Positions 38,614-38,814 of a stretch of DNA of 38,814 bases are shown piece after piece. The stretch is from assembly GCA_040754455.1 (NCBI GenBank), contig JBFMCP010000032.1:1-38814 (forward strand), written 5' to 3'. Each line of letters starts with the position of its first letter. Position 1 is the first letter of the stretch. The DNA comes from Nitrospirota bacterium (lineage in GTDB: Bacteria > Nitrospirota > Thermodesulfovibrionia > Thermodesulfovibrionales > Dissulfurispiraceae). Below the pieces are notes generated by a model. The model saw only the letters and a program-made list of their open reading frames with translations. It ran no database searches and was not told the DNA's origin. A program made the translations under genes and the position numbers.

Positions 38614-38688
38614 AGCGTCCCCCTCTTTCAATGAATTTGATTAGATTGTATCACTCCCTGCAGAAAATTCAACCGCCTGATGCATAGT

Positions 38689-38814
38689 TGTCAAGCCAAT
38701 TTAGAAATGTCCTGTTTTTACCAAAATAGAAATGTCCGGTTTATGCCGCCGCCGTCTGCGGGGCTTTTCGCTTGTCGCGGTTGATGTTGAACTTCCGCCA
38801 AGGATGATCCTTAG
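38689..38814 (-). mobile_element. Right end of an IS1202-group (ISNCY) insertion sequence
   Basis: Terminal TGTCAAG at 38689; TAGAAATGTCC direct repeats at 38702-38712 and 38727-38737; transposase C-terminus ends just inside. Confidence 0.75.
38741..38814 (-). CDS. Transposase C-terminal fragment (rest lies beyond the window)
   Basis: Manual translation KDHPWRKFNINRDKRKAPQTAAA*. DHPWR is a C-terminal motif I recall as typical of IS1202/ISNCY transposases. Confidence 0.7.
   Translation of the reverse strand, partial: KDHPWRKFNINRDKRKAPQTAAA

Noticed and set aside
38655..38688. dif/Xer site next to the IS1202-type end
   Set aside because: Some IS1202-family members target xrs sites, but I see no XerC/XerD-like arms (for example TTATGTTAAAT) here.
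1..38814. tRNA (including tRNA-Sec), rRNA or selABD genes
   Set aside because: None recognised in the window. Sec machinery would have to be encoded elsewhere and remains unverified.

Overview
Bacterial chromosomal window, roughly 55% GC by eye. The gene content (PFOR, lactate permease, multiheme cytochrome, rubrerythrin-like proteins) suggests an anaerobe; a Nitrospirota/Thermodesulfovibrionia or Desulfobacterota origin is only my guess. From left to right: the start of the str operon (rpsL-rpsG-fusA-tuf, minus strand) with its own promoter, then birA-coaX-usp-geranylgeranyl reductase-rsmA. Next comes a minus-strand cluster of a NosL-type Cu chaperone, a PCuAC Cu chaperone, a His-rich secreted mono-heme protein, a LolCDE/MacB-type ABC transporter and a pentaheme cytochrome c. 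The cytochrome's two ORFs are joined by an in-frame UGA followed by a clean SECIS-like hairpin, so it is a predicted 401-aa selenoprotein. A standalone LigD phosphoesterase follows, then an ArsR-led operon (4Fe-4S membrane protein, TolC/MFP/RND, DUF2892) ending in an uncalled FmdB-type zinc-ribbon gene with a second likely Sec codon (GGG-U-NPSGCC). The right half holds YihY, PAS-GGDEF-EAL, PFOR, a structured non-coding element, lactate permease, CBS, rubrerythrin-like, U32, rnhA, an HTH protein, an orphan His kinase, a promoter- and terminator-bounded candidate sRNA, HD-GYP, a ferritin-like protein and the end of an IS1202/ISNCY-type element. The best candidate for a new system is the selenocysteine cytochrome plus copper-maturation cluster at 7981-13626. 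All calls come from reading motifs by eye; no searches were run.
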